From Eledone cirrhosa (Eukaryota), in NCBI GenBank assembly GCA_964016885.1, contig CAXHJY010001629.1:53362-117361 (forward strand): a DNA stretch of 64,000 nt. The letters run 5' to 3'. The translations under genes and the position numbers were made by a program. This document shows positions 26,356-40,011 of the stretch, piece after piece (the first letter of the stretch is position 1; every line of letters starts with the position of its first letter). The notes below the pieces were generated by a model that ran no database searches, was not told the DNA's origin, and saw nothing but the letters and a program-made list of their open reading frames with translations.

Positions 26356-26789
26356 GTGTATGTATATATGTGTGTGTGTGTGTGTATATATATTTATGTG
26401 TATGTATATATCTATATATATATATATATGTATATGTGTGTATGTATATCTCTTTATTTATGTACGTCTGAGTTGTGTGAGCGTGTGGTTGTATGTGTAT
26501 ATACATACATGGATATGTGTATGTGTGTGTATATATACGTATATGTATGTGTGTGTGTGTGTATATATATGTGTGTGTATGTATATGTATATATATGTGT
26601 GTATATATGTGTGTATATATATGTGTGTGTATGTATATATGTATTTGTATGTATGTGTGTATGTGTATGTACATATATGTGTGTATATATATATGTGTGT
26701 TGTGAATATATGTATATATATTGTGTGTATGTATATGTGTCTATGTATTTATATATGTATATGTATGTGTCTCTATATATATGTGTATG

Positions 26790-26893
<104 letters not shown>

Positions 26894-27127
26894 TGTATTC
26901 TATGTATGAGTATATATTTTACTTGTTTATATTTTCTTTAATATATTTCTTTTTATTTCTAAATTTATAGATACATTTTATAAATAGGCAGTTGTCTGAC
27001 ACCCTTAGTAATTACTGACCCCCTTTACCTACTTCTGCATCTAGATGTAAATATATATGTGGCAGTGTTTATGTGTGCGCCTTAATATCCATATAGTTAT
27101 AATAATAATATATACATATGTGTGTGT

Positions 27128-27165
<38 letters not shown>

Positions 27166-27514
27166 TCGTGGGTATGTGTATGTTTATGTGTATATGCGCG
27201 TGTGTGTGTGAATGTATGTATATGTGTGTATATATGAATGTATATATGTTTATATACGTATGTGTATTTTATCTGTAGATTATAAACATACAGAGACATT
27301 AGCCCTGAATTTTTGTATTTACATACATTTTTTCGGCATGCGTATGCATGTGAACATATATTTTTATGCATATCTGTGAACGAAGTTACTTACATATATA
27401 CACACACCTAACTGTATTTTCTTGATATATTTTTGTGTATTTCATTGGTCAATTTGAACTCTGTTCCCAAACAGACCTGTAATTTTGAATTGTTGTTATT
27501 ATCAATAAATATAT

Positions 27515-27667
27515 TTCATTATTTCTGAAGACGGCATATGTATGTGTTGGTATGTATATTATATTTGATAGTTTGTATAATTTTGTATAATTTTGTACAT
27601 AGATCTGTTGAATATGCATGCCAATTCTAACACATATATGTCCTAGAAACGATCGTTAAATAATGAA
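27515..27667 (+). ncRNA. Type I hammerhead with extended stem II; mirror at 22261-22413 (-), third copy 63861-64000 (-, cut by the window edge)
   Basis: ttcattattt-CTGAAGA-[114 nt]-GAAA-cgatcg-TT-aaataatgaa; perfect 10-bp stem I and palindromic stem III. Confidence 0.78.
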
Positions 27668-28384
27668 CTTTTTTTGTTTAATATAAGGAACTGTTTCATT
27701 GTTTTATTCATTATTTTTTTGAGAGGTATAGAGGTATAGAGATTGTTTTAGCAAGAAGCTAACGGCATTCTATAACATATATGCGACTATAACGTCAAGA
27801 TGGGAAAAGTAGTTAACGAAAGATTTAGGAAAAATAACTCAAACTCATCTCAAAAGAGAATCAGGATACAAATTCATCCACAGAATTTAGTAAAATCCAG
27901 GGAAAAATCTATAGACCTTTAACTCATGATAAAACAAAGTTTGAAACACTTATCCTTCAATTTGGAATAACATCAAATGCTCTGTATAGTCTTAAAAGAC
28001 TATTTCATGAAAACTTTCAGTGGAGATGGTCACGGTTGGAACATCATTCATCAGCAGAGCTCAACAGAAAACCAGGGCTCTCACAGTAATATAGTTCGAA
28101 AAAGGGAATTCTAAAACTGGCTAGTTCGCCTTCATGTGTATTTATGAAAAAGCACATGAGGAAAAAACGGGGCTAGTGACGTCAGGATGGAAGTGAATGT
28201 TTATTTACAAGAAATAGCAGTCAAATACATTCTGAAAAAAAAAACTCTACAAAGGAGTTCAGCAAAATAGCAATAATTATCACAGTTTTTATGAAAAAAA
28301 CCGGGATTAGTCACAGATAGTTTAAGCACTCTAGGAAAAGAATCCGAGTATAAATTTGACCACTTCCTGTTGCGCGCGCACCCC

Positions 28385-29185
28385 ACATCTCTCCTCTTTC
28401 GACCATCGCTTCATGGAATACTCGTACGTAGAACTTGACCACCACAGAATCCACTAAACATCACCGTATTTTACCAACTTTTCAACCATCCTCTTACGTA
28501 ATCACCTATATAACTCACCCACACACACACCCCCAAACATTTTTTTTTCTCCACACGCCACCTACACCCACAACACGCTTAAACCCCACACACACGTGCT
28601 TTCCACCACATATTTACACCCTCAGCCTCCTGATTCCTCTCCCCCACCCCTCTATCCACACACGCACAGACACTCCGACCTACAACCCCCCCACCCCACC
28701 TCTTCCTGAACATGCAACTCCGTTCTTCCCCCAACCCTTACTTTCACATACACACATACACACGTACACCTACACACACCACCTTCAGCCCTCCCCGCTC
28801 GGACACCCCGTCTCCCTCTCCCCACTCCACCCGACACCACCCCTACACACCCCACACCCTTCCACCACCTGTTTTACCCCCCTTTTAATTTCAGTTTATT
28901 TTGATCATGCTTTTATATTTAAATTTATTTCATTCCTTGTATTTTGATCATGCTTTATTTTTATTTTTATTTTTAATTTCATTCGCACCGTTTCCTTTCG
29001 CTATATGTCTCTCCACCACTCCCCTACACACCCTTTGAACTCTGTTCCCACACACTTCTCACCTGAGGAAGGGCTTATGCCCGAAACGTCGTTCCCCACC
29101 AACACCCCACTCTCCAGAGCGTGAAATTAATAAACATTCGTTGTACTGCCTCTCTGTTTTGTTCCTGTTCAAATTTTTCCATTAT
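28385..29185 (+). mobile_element. PLE 3' fragment and pLTR with HHR core at 29063-29092
   Basis: C/A-rich UTR; CTGAGGA-agggcttatgccc-GAAA-cgtc; ends at (TA)n. Duplicated at 31925-32595. Confidence 0.78.
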
Positions 29186-29210
29186 ATATATATATATATA
29201 TACATATATA

Positions 29211-29828
29211 TCTTTAAAGCGATGAAATACCAAGGAAGGTTGGAAGATCACTGATGAAGGACTAAATTTATTCATATGTAACCCATTTGCAACCACGCAA
29301 CACGCCATGTTTTCATATTCATATATATTTTCCTCCGCTGTGACCCGTCTGTTTCTTTCTTACTGCTTCCCCTTTTCTCTGTATCTCTCACTTCCTTTTA
29401 CCCCCTCTACCAGTCACTCTCTCTGTTAGCTTCTTCCTCACACTTTCACTCACTCACTCTCTTCTACTCCCTCCCCTACTTCCTCCCGTTTGACCTGTGC
29501 GAAATTCTTTCCTTGCTCACATTTCGACCAGGTTTGATGGTCTTTATTCTCTCTCGTCCACGATTTCACAGAACTTATGTTCATCGATTTCAGAGACTTG
29601 ACTCCTTTTTCCTCGCTTTTCGTGTCATTACCGTCTTTGTTTGTTTACTGTCTTGCTCATTCCTCCTATTTATGTGTCCCAACTACTTTCTTTAGCCGTT
29701 GCTCGCACCAACCAGAGGTATTGGTCTTTAAAGTGATGAAATACCAATGAAGGTTGGAAGATCACTGATGAAGGACTAAATTTATTCATATGTAACCCAT
29801 TTGCAACCACGCAGCACGCCATGTTTTC

Positions 29829-29832
<4 letters not shown>
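29211..29832 (+). repeat. Non-coding unit with 108-bp direct terminal repeats, embedded in (TA)n
   Basis: 29211-29318 matches 29725-29832; each repeat contains ctgatgaaggactaaattta. Confidence 0.8.
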
Positions 29833-29877
<45 letters not shown>

Positions 29878-30633
29878 AATATCCACGGTTAGTTGTGGGG
29901 TCTAGTCTGCATGAAAAACTCAATGTAATCCATATGTTGAAAATGTTGTAAGTTAAAATAAATCCCGGAAAACAATAAAACATCTAAAGGAAAAAATAGT
30001 CATGATATAAGTTAAAACAATGAAATAAAAATTCAAGTCATTAGGAATATACTTCACTGCTTTATGATCGTTTCTAGGTGATAATAATACATCGTACGCA
30101 TATTTCGTTATCGATCTATGTAAGGTTAGTTACAAAATATCAAATAAGGAATATATTTACCTACGTGTATATCGTCAGCCGTTGTCAAAAGCAATGAAAA
30201 TGTTATTCAAAATCAATAGTAAATTGAGTTCTATGACCTTATTTGGAGGTAGCTGAAGATCAAACCAATCAAATGGTGTTTAGCCATGTGATGTTAAGAC
30301 GAAATATAACTCTCTTTACTTGAGGTCATGACCTTTTGAAAGGAATGGTTGAATGGTGTTAAAAATAGAATTACTATGAAGAACCTATGAATAAAAATGG
30401 TTGTTGTATTGATAGTGGAATGTAGATGGTGGAGTGAAGTTTAAAAAGGGATGTAAAAATTATGTTGAGTTGTGTTGTATGGAGTTTTTAGGTGAATATA
30501 AATAAAGATATATAAAATATACAGAAATAACCAGGATAAATATAGATAGGTAAAGTAATGGTCCTAACTAGGAAGGATAGATATTAAAAGATGAAAATTA
30601 TAATAAGATAATAAAATACAATAATATAATAGA

Positions 30634-30824
30634 ATTGTTTCTACTTTTTTGGCACAAGGCCAGCAATTACCCAGTGTATTACTGGTACTTTATTTTATCG
30701 ACCCCGTAAGGATGAAAGGCAAAGTTAACCTCGGCGGGATTTGATCTCAGAATGGCAAGGGCCGTAACTCTATGTGTCAAAGCTTGGCGTCCGACCCTCT
30801 ACCAATTCTGCCAATCCACCGCCC
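30634..30824 (-). mobile_element. tRNA-derived SINE
   Basis: Full-length copy of the 12652 family. Confidence 0.9.
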
Positions 30825-31206
30825 TGTAATATAATATAGTGCAGTATGGTACATTGTATATAGTATAATATAGCGTATGATGCATCATAAAATATAAAAT
30901 AGTAAATACTTTCAAGTGGGTCTATGTATAAGTAATCAAACTCAGATAAATGCATGTTGACATATAGCCAAAACGCATAATTTTCTTAGTTCACAAAAGT
31001 ACATATACTCACATATATAGATAGAGGTATAATTACATTGATACTCCATTAAAAACATATATACGCATACATAGATATATACATATACATATACATACAT
31101 ACACGCCCACATACATATATATATATACATACATATACCTACATATATACATGTACACACACATACATGTACATACACATACACACACACATACACATAT
31201 ACACAC

Positions 31207-31238
<32 letters not shown>

Positions 31239-31239
<1 letters not shown>

Positions 31240-31911
31240 GTAAAAATAACGGAGCAAAGGACTCGTAATTAAATGAGCTCAAAGGAAATAGTTTTCCTGG
31301 GCACTTTAAAATGAAATATATAGAGGGGAAAGACACAGGAGAGTTTGTTTTTCATTACAGGAATTTCGAACCACCAGCGTGAGAAGAATATAAGCTACTA
31401 GAGGCATTGGTAAAACATGAAAATTAAAAGTATAAATTGAAATGAAAAACCATCCTCACCTAAATCACGCGAGTCCTTTGCTCCGTTAATTTTACTTGAT
31501 ATTTGCTCCTTGCGCCCTCTCTGCTGTTGAGCACCTTAAATTGAGTAGTATAGGCTGTCATCTCTAGCAGCTTGTTCTGTTCATTCCACCAGTTACTGCT
31601 CCAAGCACGCATTCCTCTTATGTCTACATGTGCGAAGGGTGGTTTATTTTAGTTCTCTCTCTAGTAGTGCGGACAATATTGACCTTCCACATGCTGAGGA
31701 CCAACCCGGCCGTATTGGAACCCACTAAAATGGCGAAACATGCTCCTGGTGAGTGTGTACATGTGTGATTTAGGTGAGGATGGTTTTTCATTTCAATTTA
31801 TACTTTTAATTTTAATGTTTTACCAATGCCTCTAGTAGCTTATATTCTTCTCACGCTGGTGGTTCGAAATTCCTGTAATGAAAAACACACTCTCCTGTGT
31901 CTTTCCCCTCT
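31239..31911. repeat. Interleaved inverted repeats (A B A' C B')
   Basis: B 31322-31468 pairs with B' 31765-31911; A 31239-31265 pairs with A' 31470-31496. Confidence 0.85.
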
Positions 31912-31924
31912 CTCTCTCTCTATA

Positions 31925-32591
31925 TATATCACCTAAATAACTCACCCACACACACACCCAAACAAATTTTTTTTTCTCCCACACGCCACCTACACCCACA
32001 ACACGCTTAAACCCCACACACATGTGCTTTCCACCACATATTTACACCTTCAGCCTCCGGATTCCTCTCCCTCCACCCCTCTATCCACACACGCACACAC
32101 ACTCTGACCTTCACCCCCCACACCTCTTCCTGAACATGCAACCCCGTTCTTCCCCCAACCCTTGCTTTCACATACACACACACACACACACACACGTACA
32201 CCTACACACACACACCCCGTCTCCCTCTCCCAACTCCACCCACCACCACCCTACACACCCACACCCTTCCACCACCTGTTTTACCCCTTTTTAATTTCAG
32301 TTTATTTTGATCATGCTTTTATTTTTATTGCATTTCATTTTATTTTGATCATGCTTTATTTTAATTTTTATTTTTAATTTCATTCGCACCGTTTCCTCCC
32401 ACCCCCTTTTCGCTATATGTCTCTCCACCACTCCCCTACACACCCTTTGAACTCTCTTTCCACACACTTCTCACCTGAGGAAGGGCTTATGCCCGAAACG
32501 TCATTCCCCACCACCACCCCACTCTCCAGAGCGTGAAATTAATAAACATTCGTTGTACTGCCTCTCTGTTTTGTTCCTGTTCAAATTTTCC

Positions 32592-32595
<4 letters not shown>
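31925..32595 (+). mobile_element. Second copy of the PLE 3' UTR/pLTR with HHR core at 32475-32502
   Basis: Direct repeat of about 28500-29185. Confidence 0.8.
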
Positions 32596-32654
<59 letters not shown>

Positions 32655-35442
32655 TCTTATCATACATACATAGATACATGTATACCCATGCAATGACAGG
32701 TGGTTATGTACCTTGATGCCCTTAGTCCGTAACGCATAAATCTATGGAAGCTAAAAAATTAAAAGGTTAAAATATTAACAGGAAGGCGTATAATTAGGGA
32801 AGGGGATACTAACAAAATGGTACGTCACATAGAGCTATAGTGAGCTGCTATTTAGAATGTTTAATTAGGTTTATAGTACTTAAATATTTTTCGTATACGG
32901 TGATTACCAGCTATAATCAGTTCTTGTCTTTTATTCAATAAATCGTCCTTAGATTTAGTAATTTCCAAGATCTCTCCAGAACATAATCTGCACTCTCTCC
33001 TGTTCCCAAGATATGGAGTTCTTTGCAGAATGGTATCCCACGTTAGCTTGAAATCTATTTGTTTATCTTTTTATAGTTATTTACTGCTTCAGCTAAAGAT
33101 GTGATGTTAGCTAGTTTAGTATTGTTAAAGCTACTGGAGTGTGCGAAATATCTTTTCTTAAATGTGTTCGATGTAGATCCTTTTTATAATTTGTTGGAGT
33201 CAGTAGTAGACACAGTGCATTTATATATTACATTATTAATCAAACAGTTGCCATTTCAGGAGCAACCGCTTCTATTTCTGCAATTACAACCATACGTAAG
33301 ATGGTTGTTGGAGGTACCTACATAATTCTCATTAATCCTGGAGCTATTCTTATTGTAATTAATGTTAGAGAGAGAATGAGTGCTGCTTTGTGGGTGATTT
33401 AGTGCTGGGGTTGTATTGTGATTTTGTGTTATGTTGCTTTTGTGTTGGTGATTTGGGTGGTTGTGTTTTCCAGGTTGAAGAATTGTATTATTTGTCCTTT
33501 TAAAAGGTGCAGTCTTATTTAAATTATGTTGTGGTGGTGTGGTCATATTATTTTTAAATTTATAAATGTTGTAATTGCTTATTTTCTGTTGGAGATTGTT
33601 TGATGTAGAGTATGAGAATTTAACTGTATACCTGTTAAATATTTGGTGGTATCTGTGGTATTTTTTGGTGTTTGTAGCTTTTGCTAGGTTTTGTAGTATG
33701 GTCCTTAGTAGTGTTGGGGATATATGAAATTTTTTCTTTATATCCACTTCTAGTTAGGGCCTCGTTGTAGAAGGGTGCATTTTTGTAAAATATATCCTCA
33801 TTGGAAGATAAATTAGAAAGTCTAAGAGATATGTTATATACTAAGTTTTTGAGTATAGAGCCAGGGTGGTTAGAGCGTCAATATACATAGTGTAGATTCT
33901 GGTTGGGTTTGTGGTAAGGTTGATAAATATTCGTAGAGAGGTCTAAGGTAACGTCAAGGAAGTTAGCTACTTTTGAGGTGTTTTCAAAGGTGATATTAAG
34001 GTTGTAATAGTCCTTAAGGAATTTTCTAATTTATTTTTTGTTTTTCTCTATATTAGAATTGCTAAGATTGTTAGATATCAATAGACAATCATCCCGATAA
34101 AGACCACCTTTGAGGTGGGGAAAAGAGGAATGAATATTATAGAGGAGAAATAGTCCAACGAGGTCTGTAACTTGAACAGAGTCCATGGATCCCATCGTTA
34201 TCTCGAATAAGTTGTTATATGTGTTTCTTGTCCAGTGTTCTTCTTCGAAGTTTAGTTAGGTTTTTCTAGCGTGTGTTATGATGTTGATTTCCTCAGTAGA
34301 TAAATCCGATCTATTTCTGGCGAAAATCAGTGCTTTGTTTAAGAGAATTGGAGAAATCGAAGAATAGTAAGAATCGGTGTCAAATTGTATGAATGAAGCT
34401 GAGTTTTTATTCTCGATGTTAGTGAACCATTCAATAACCTGGGAAGTGTTATCCCATAATGGAAGTATCACAAATTTTCTAATCTGTGGAATGATTCGAT
34501 CAATAATTTTCTTGCTGATAGTACCGATATCAGATTTTGATGGGCATATCAGTCTAATAGATGGGTTCGAATTAATGTCAAATTTGTGGTCCTTCAGGTT
34601 GAAGTGTGGGCTTTTAGGTGTGAATGGCTCCGTCCTATCTTCAATATGGATTTTTTTTTACTATATCACATGATGTGTTGTTCAAGAATGTCAGTGCGGT
34701 GGTGCTGGTTTTCTTGTAGTTTTTTCTAAGTTCTTTATAAATGAACTGGTTATATTTATCGATGTCCATATGGTACAGATTACCAGTTTTGTCAGAATGG
34801 ACATGGACATTGTTTGAAATTTTCAGTTGCTGAAGGGTAGAGTCTAATTCCTTTTGGAATTCAGATTTATGTTTCCTGAACTTTATGTTTTTAATCATGT
34901 TCAGTAGGGCGCTCCCCAAATTTTCAAGTTGAATATTATGAGGAAGATTTTTGTATGTGTTGAATCCATAGCGTGATTTCTTTTCATTTGTATTGGTTTT
35001 GTTGTCAAAATGATAGGCTCTCCATCTCTTTCTCCTAATAAACTGGTTAGTTTTTTGTATGAGCAGGAGTAGATATTTGTCTTTAGGTAGAATCGGAATA
35101 TTCTTCAACGAAGTACCCAAATATTGCTTTTCCATTGTGATGCAGGAATTAGATAATAGAAGAGCTCAACTAAATATTATAATTACAGAAGTGGAGACAG
35201 GTATTAAAAATATATTGAAGGAGCAAGATGAACAGAAATATCCACGGTTAGTTGTGGGGTCTAGTCTTCATGAAGAACTCAATGTAATCCATATGTTGAA
35301 AATGGTGTAGGTTAAAATAAATCCCGGAAAACAATAAAACATCAAAAGGAAAAGAGAGTCATGATATAAGTTAAAACAATGAAATAAAAATTCAAGTCAT
35401 TAGGAATATACTTCACTGCTTTACGATCGTTTCTAGGTAATA

Positions 35443-35633
35443 ATTGTTTCTACTTTTTTGGCACAAGGCCAGCAATTACCCAGTGTATTACTGGTACTTT
35501 ATTTTATCGACCTCGTAAGGATGAAAGGCAAAGTTAACCTCGGCGGGATTTGAACTCAAAACGTAAAGGGCCATAACTCTATGCTGTAAAGCATGGTGTC
35601 TGGCGCTCTACCGATGCAGCCAATTCACCGCCC
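35443..35633 (-). mobile_element. tRNA-derived SINE (part of the duplicated cassette 35441-35877)
   Basis: Near-identical reverse complement of 12652-12840. Confidence 0.9.
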
Positions 35634-36057
35634 TTAATGATAATAATATTCGATTCGTTTCCAATTATGCAAACAGCCTCTTTTCAGCCATGTCAGTAGA
35701 ACATAAGAGCAAGAATGATGGTTTCATTCTACTGACATGGCTTAAAAGAGGCTGTTTGCATAATTGGAAACGAATCGAATATTATTATTAATATTCGAAA
35801 ACCTCATATTACATTTATATATATATAAAATGTATTTCCACACACCCTCGGAACTCTCTTCCTAACCTATTTATCCTAGTTCTGAATTAGGAGTTCAGAA
35901 CTAGCTGTCGAAACGGCCGGAGCCCACCTGTTGGGGTCCTGACTCTTTTCCTATTACCCACTCTACTACCCAAAGTATCGAGTACTCTGGTGCTTTATGG
36001 TCCACCTGGTTCCTTACCACACTTCCTTCGTATTATATATATATATATGTATATATA

Positions 36058-36202
36058 TAGAAGTGGTTACACAACAGTTAGTTCACCATACCGAGAACAA
36101 TTGTTTCACCTCTAGCAGATCCTCAGCTCGTAATGACTTTACGAGCTGAGGATCCGCTAAGGTGAAACAATTGGTGAACTAACTGTTGTGTAACCACTTC
36201 TA
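36058..36202. repeat. Fold-back palindrome containing an HHR-like motif in each arm
   Basis: Minus strand 36092-36130: cgag-CTGAGGA-tctgctagaggt-GAAA-caattg-TT-ctcg. The plus arm lacks the cleavage-site segment. Confidence 0.8.
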
Positions 36203-36260
36203 CCTAACTCGTCCCATGGACTGAGTGCTCTACCACTACGGATATTACCTTCCAGTGTTC

Positions 36261-36330
<70 letters not shown>

Positions 36331-36342
36331 TCTCTATCTCTC

Positions 36343-36378
<36 letters not shown>

Positions 36379-36667
36379 GCTCTCTCTATATATATATATA
36401 TATATGGGATCCATTCCATAGCACATTTTGCAGCCAGGGACTTGTATCCCAAATTCCACCACCGTAGTTCTTTCTGGACCCTCTTTGGTGTATAGGAATA
36501 CACAACCATTTTACGTCTATCACATGTCTCACAGAACGGGATGCAGGGAAATCACCAGTCTTTTTGTCATTATTAAATCGAAATTGCTACATCCGAATTG
36601 CTACATAGATGAGAAAACTATAGATTCTCGCCTGTTTTCAAGTCCAGCAGTTGCAAGAGCGTGTGGG

Positions 36668-36711
36668 ATCGTCCTGATGAGAAGAAGTTTAGTCCGAAAT
36701 GCATCGACGAT
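36668..36711 (+). ncRNA. Type I hammerhead motif, weak stem II
   Basis: atcgtc-CTGATGA-gaagaagtttagtcc-GAAA-tgca-TC-gacgat. Confidence 0.65.
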
Positions 36712-36877
36712 TGTCCCCCTTGTTTCTGCTGAACACCGCCAGGTGGCGATAGCCTGCGGTGTTTTTGCATAGCCGCGGCTTTCTAAATGTTTTTTTTTAG
36801 AAACATACCGTATTTCTTTAGAAATACAAAATTCCAATACATATCTGTCTACAGTTATGCCTGAAGCTAAATCCTAA

Positions 36878-37817
<940 letters not shown>

Positions 37818-37930
37818 ACTGCCCAAACAGTAAGATGTCATCAATGTCTTTGATCCCCTTTTCCACCCTAACCCTTTACAATTTAAACAGGGTGTTTAAA
37901 TCATAAAGCTATGACATTATTTAGCTATAA

Positions 37931-38542
37931 GGGCGGGGAATTGGCAGTATCGGTAGAGAGTCGGACGCCATGCTTTCTAGCATAGTTACGTCCCTTTACA
38001 GTTTGAGTTCAAATCCCGTCGAGGTTAACTTTGCCTTTCATCCTTCCGGGGTCGATAAAATAAAGTACCAGTAATGTACTGGTGATGGCTGGCCTAGTGC
38101 CTAAAGTAGAAACAATAATATAATATAATACAATATAATTGTTTCTACTTTGGGCACAAGGCCAGCAATTACCCAGTACATTACTGGTACTTTATTTTAT
38201 CGACCCCGTAAGGATGAAAGGCAAAGTTAGCCTCGGCGAGATTTGAACTCAGAACATTAAGGGCCGTAACTCTGTGCTGCAAAGCATGGCGTCCGACCCT
38301 CGACCGATACTGCCAATCCACCACATAACTTAATATAATATAGTATAATGTAATATGATATAATTCATTCTACTTTAGGCACAAGACCAGCAATTACCCA
38401 GTGTATTACTGGTACTTTATTTTATCGACCTCGTAAGGATGAAAAGCAAAGTTAACCTCGACAGGATTTGAACTCAGACCGTAAAGGGACATAACTATGC
38501 TGGAAAGCATGGCGTCCGACTCTTTACTGATACTGCCAATCA
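37931..38542. mobile_element. Cluster of three SINEs (37931-38116 +, 38138-38322 -, 38367-38542 -)
   Basis: A box tggcagtatcgg, B box gagttcaaatc and the same core; copies separated by (TAATA)n. Confidence 0.92.
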
Positions 38543-38938
38543 CATAATATAATATAATGTAAAATGTAAATGGCAATTTATGTCTCTCTGTCTATTTGTG
38601 TATTCTGTGTATAACCATTGGCGCCTACACCAGTGATCCGATCATGATGAAACTTTACTCACATGTTAAGCTAATATTCAGAAACAGGATTGAATAATTG
38701 GATTTCAATAAAAAATCAATAAGGGAACCCCTGGGGACATCTTTACAATGGAGGAGGAAAGAGGGAAGAGGAGATACTACTACTCTATGTTAAACCTCCC
38801 TCCTACTAGACCCCTTCCTCCTCCCACAATTCAGTCCTCCAAAACGAGGCAACAACTTATTTGATTTTGGTTCTTCATTCTGTAGAGAAAGAGAGAAATG
38901 GGTTGAAAGCGAGGGGGATGAGAGAGAGAAACAGAGGG

Positions 38939-39008
<70 letters not shown>

Positions 39009-39322
39009 GATAAGAGAGAGAATGGAATGAGAGAGAGAAAGAGAAAGAGAATCAAAGAATGAGAGAGAAAGAGAGAAAGAGAGCCAAAGAAAGAGAGAGG
39101 GGATTAGGGAAGAGCGAGAAAGAAAACAGAAAAATGATAGCATAGTTCGATAACTAACTTTTATTTATGTTTTAAACACTTCTTAACTCACCCCTTTCTT
39201 AAATTTACTTCTCTTTCTCTCTCTCTTTCACAAAAGTCGTAATGAGACTGTGTGTGTGTGTGTGTGTGTGTGTGCACGAGTGCGTATGTGTGTCGGCGTT
39301 CTTAAATTAGAGACAAGTGTGC

Positions 39323-39563
39323 GTGTGTGTTTATCACTGTACTTAGGTTAGAGACATATATATGTTTGTTTGTAATATATATATATATCTCGTTAACTTT
39401 AGAGAGAGGAAAAAGTTGAAGAACGTCTACACACACACAGACACATACATATATATCTAACCTAAGAACGGTGACACAAACACACACACATATATATGTG
39501 TGTGTGTAGATATTCTTCAACTTTTCCTCTCTCTAAAGTTAACGATATATATTACAAACAAAC
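39323..39563. repeat. Interleaved inverted repeats (A B A' B')
   Basis: A 39323-39352 pairs with A' 39456-39487; B 39364-39438 pairs with B' 39498-39563. Confidence 0.8.
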
Positions 39564-39627
39564 TCTGGGAAAATCCATGAATTTGTTTTGCAAGAGTTTT
39601 GATATGAAATCATGTGTTGAAACACAT

Positions 39628-39952
39628 ATTGTTATATTTGGAGAGGGTCATGTTGTCCAAAATAGTAATAAAACACACCCACTATTTGGTTTGGTTTTCA
39701 CTTCGGTTTAGTATATCTATATATTTTTATAAATAATTTAGCGGGCACCGAAAAATTAAAACCGTTATAGAAACAGAATGGAAGGAAATCACTGGAGATG
39801 TCACAGAAAAAATGTGTGGCGAAGGAACTTTGAGAAATTATATCTATATTTATAAGGTTAACGGTTGGTCAATCAATGAAAGCCATTGATTGCCAGCTAA
39901 ATCATTATTTTGGCAAGACTAGGACAACATGATCCTACCCAAATATAACAAT
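39628..39952. mobile_element. Element bounded by about 31-bp imperfect IRs related to the 19354/20837 termini
   Basis: attgttatatttggagagggtcatgttgtcc ... ggacaacatgatcctacccaaatataacaat. Confidence 0.65.
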
Positions 39953-40011
39953 ACCTGGAAAAATCATATTGTCGGATAAATTTGTGCATTATTTTTCCAA
40001 TGTTATGTGAC

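Larger units (their letters stand above)
29875..35440 (-). mobile_element. Near-full-length decayed Penelope-like element (pLTR-ORF-pLTR) with nested insertions
   Basis: ORF remnants 35135 to 32861: SLKNIP..RWRA, SDKTGNLY, LKDHK, FIQFD..YYSSI, VTMGS, GGLYRDD, FLDVTL, CNCR..CL, CRLCSGE, KYYKPN*. The 5' repeat 35235-35440 recurs at 29875-30085. Confidence 0.88.

Noticed and set aside
31694-31745. CTGAGGA...GAAAcatg as an active hammerhead
   Set aside because: It lacks the U16.1 and a pairing stem I; at most a decayed relic.
33256-33258. In-frame TGA in the Cys-rich GIY-YIG region as possible selenocysteine (reported for some Naiad PLEs)
   Set aside because: It aligns to the Leu of CPLNGNCL rather than a Cys, in a copy with many other stops and frameshifts.
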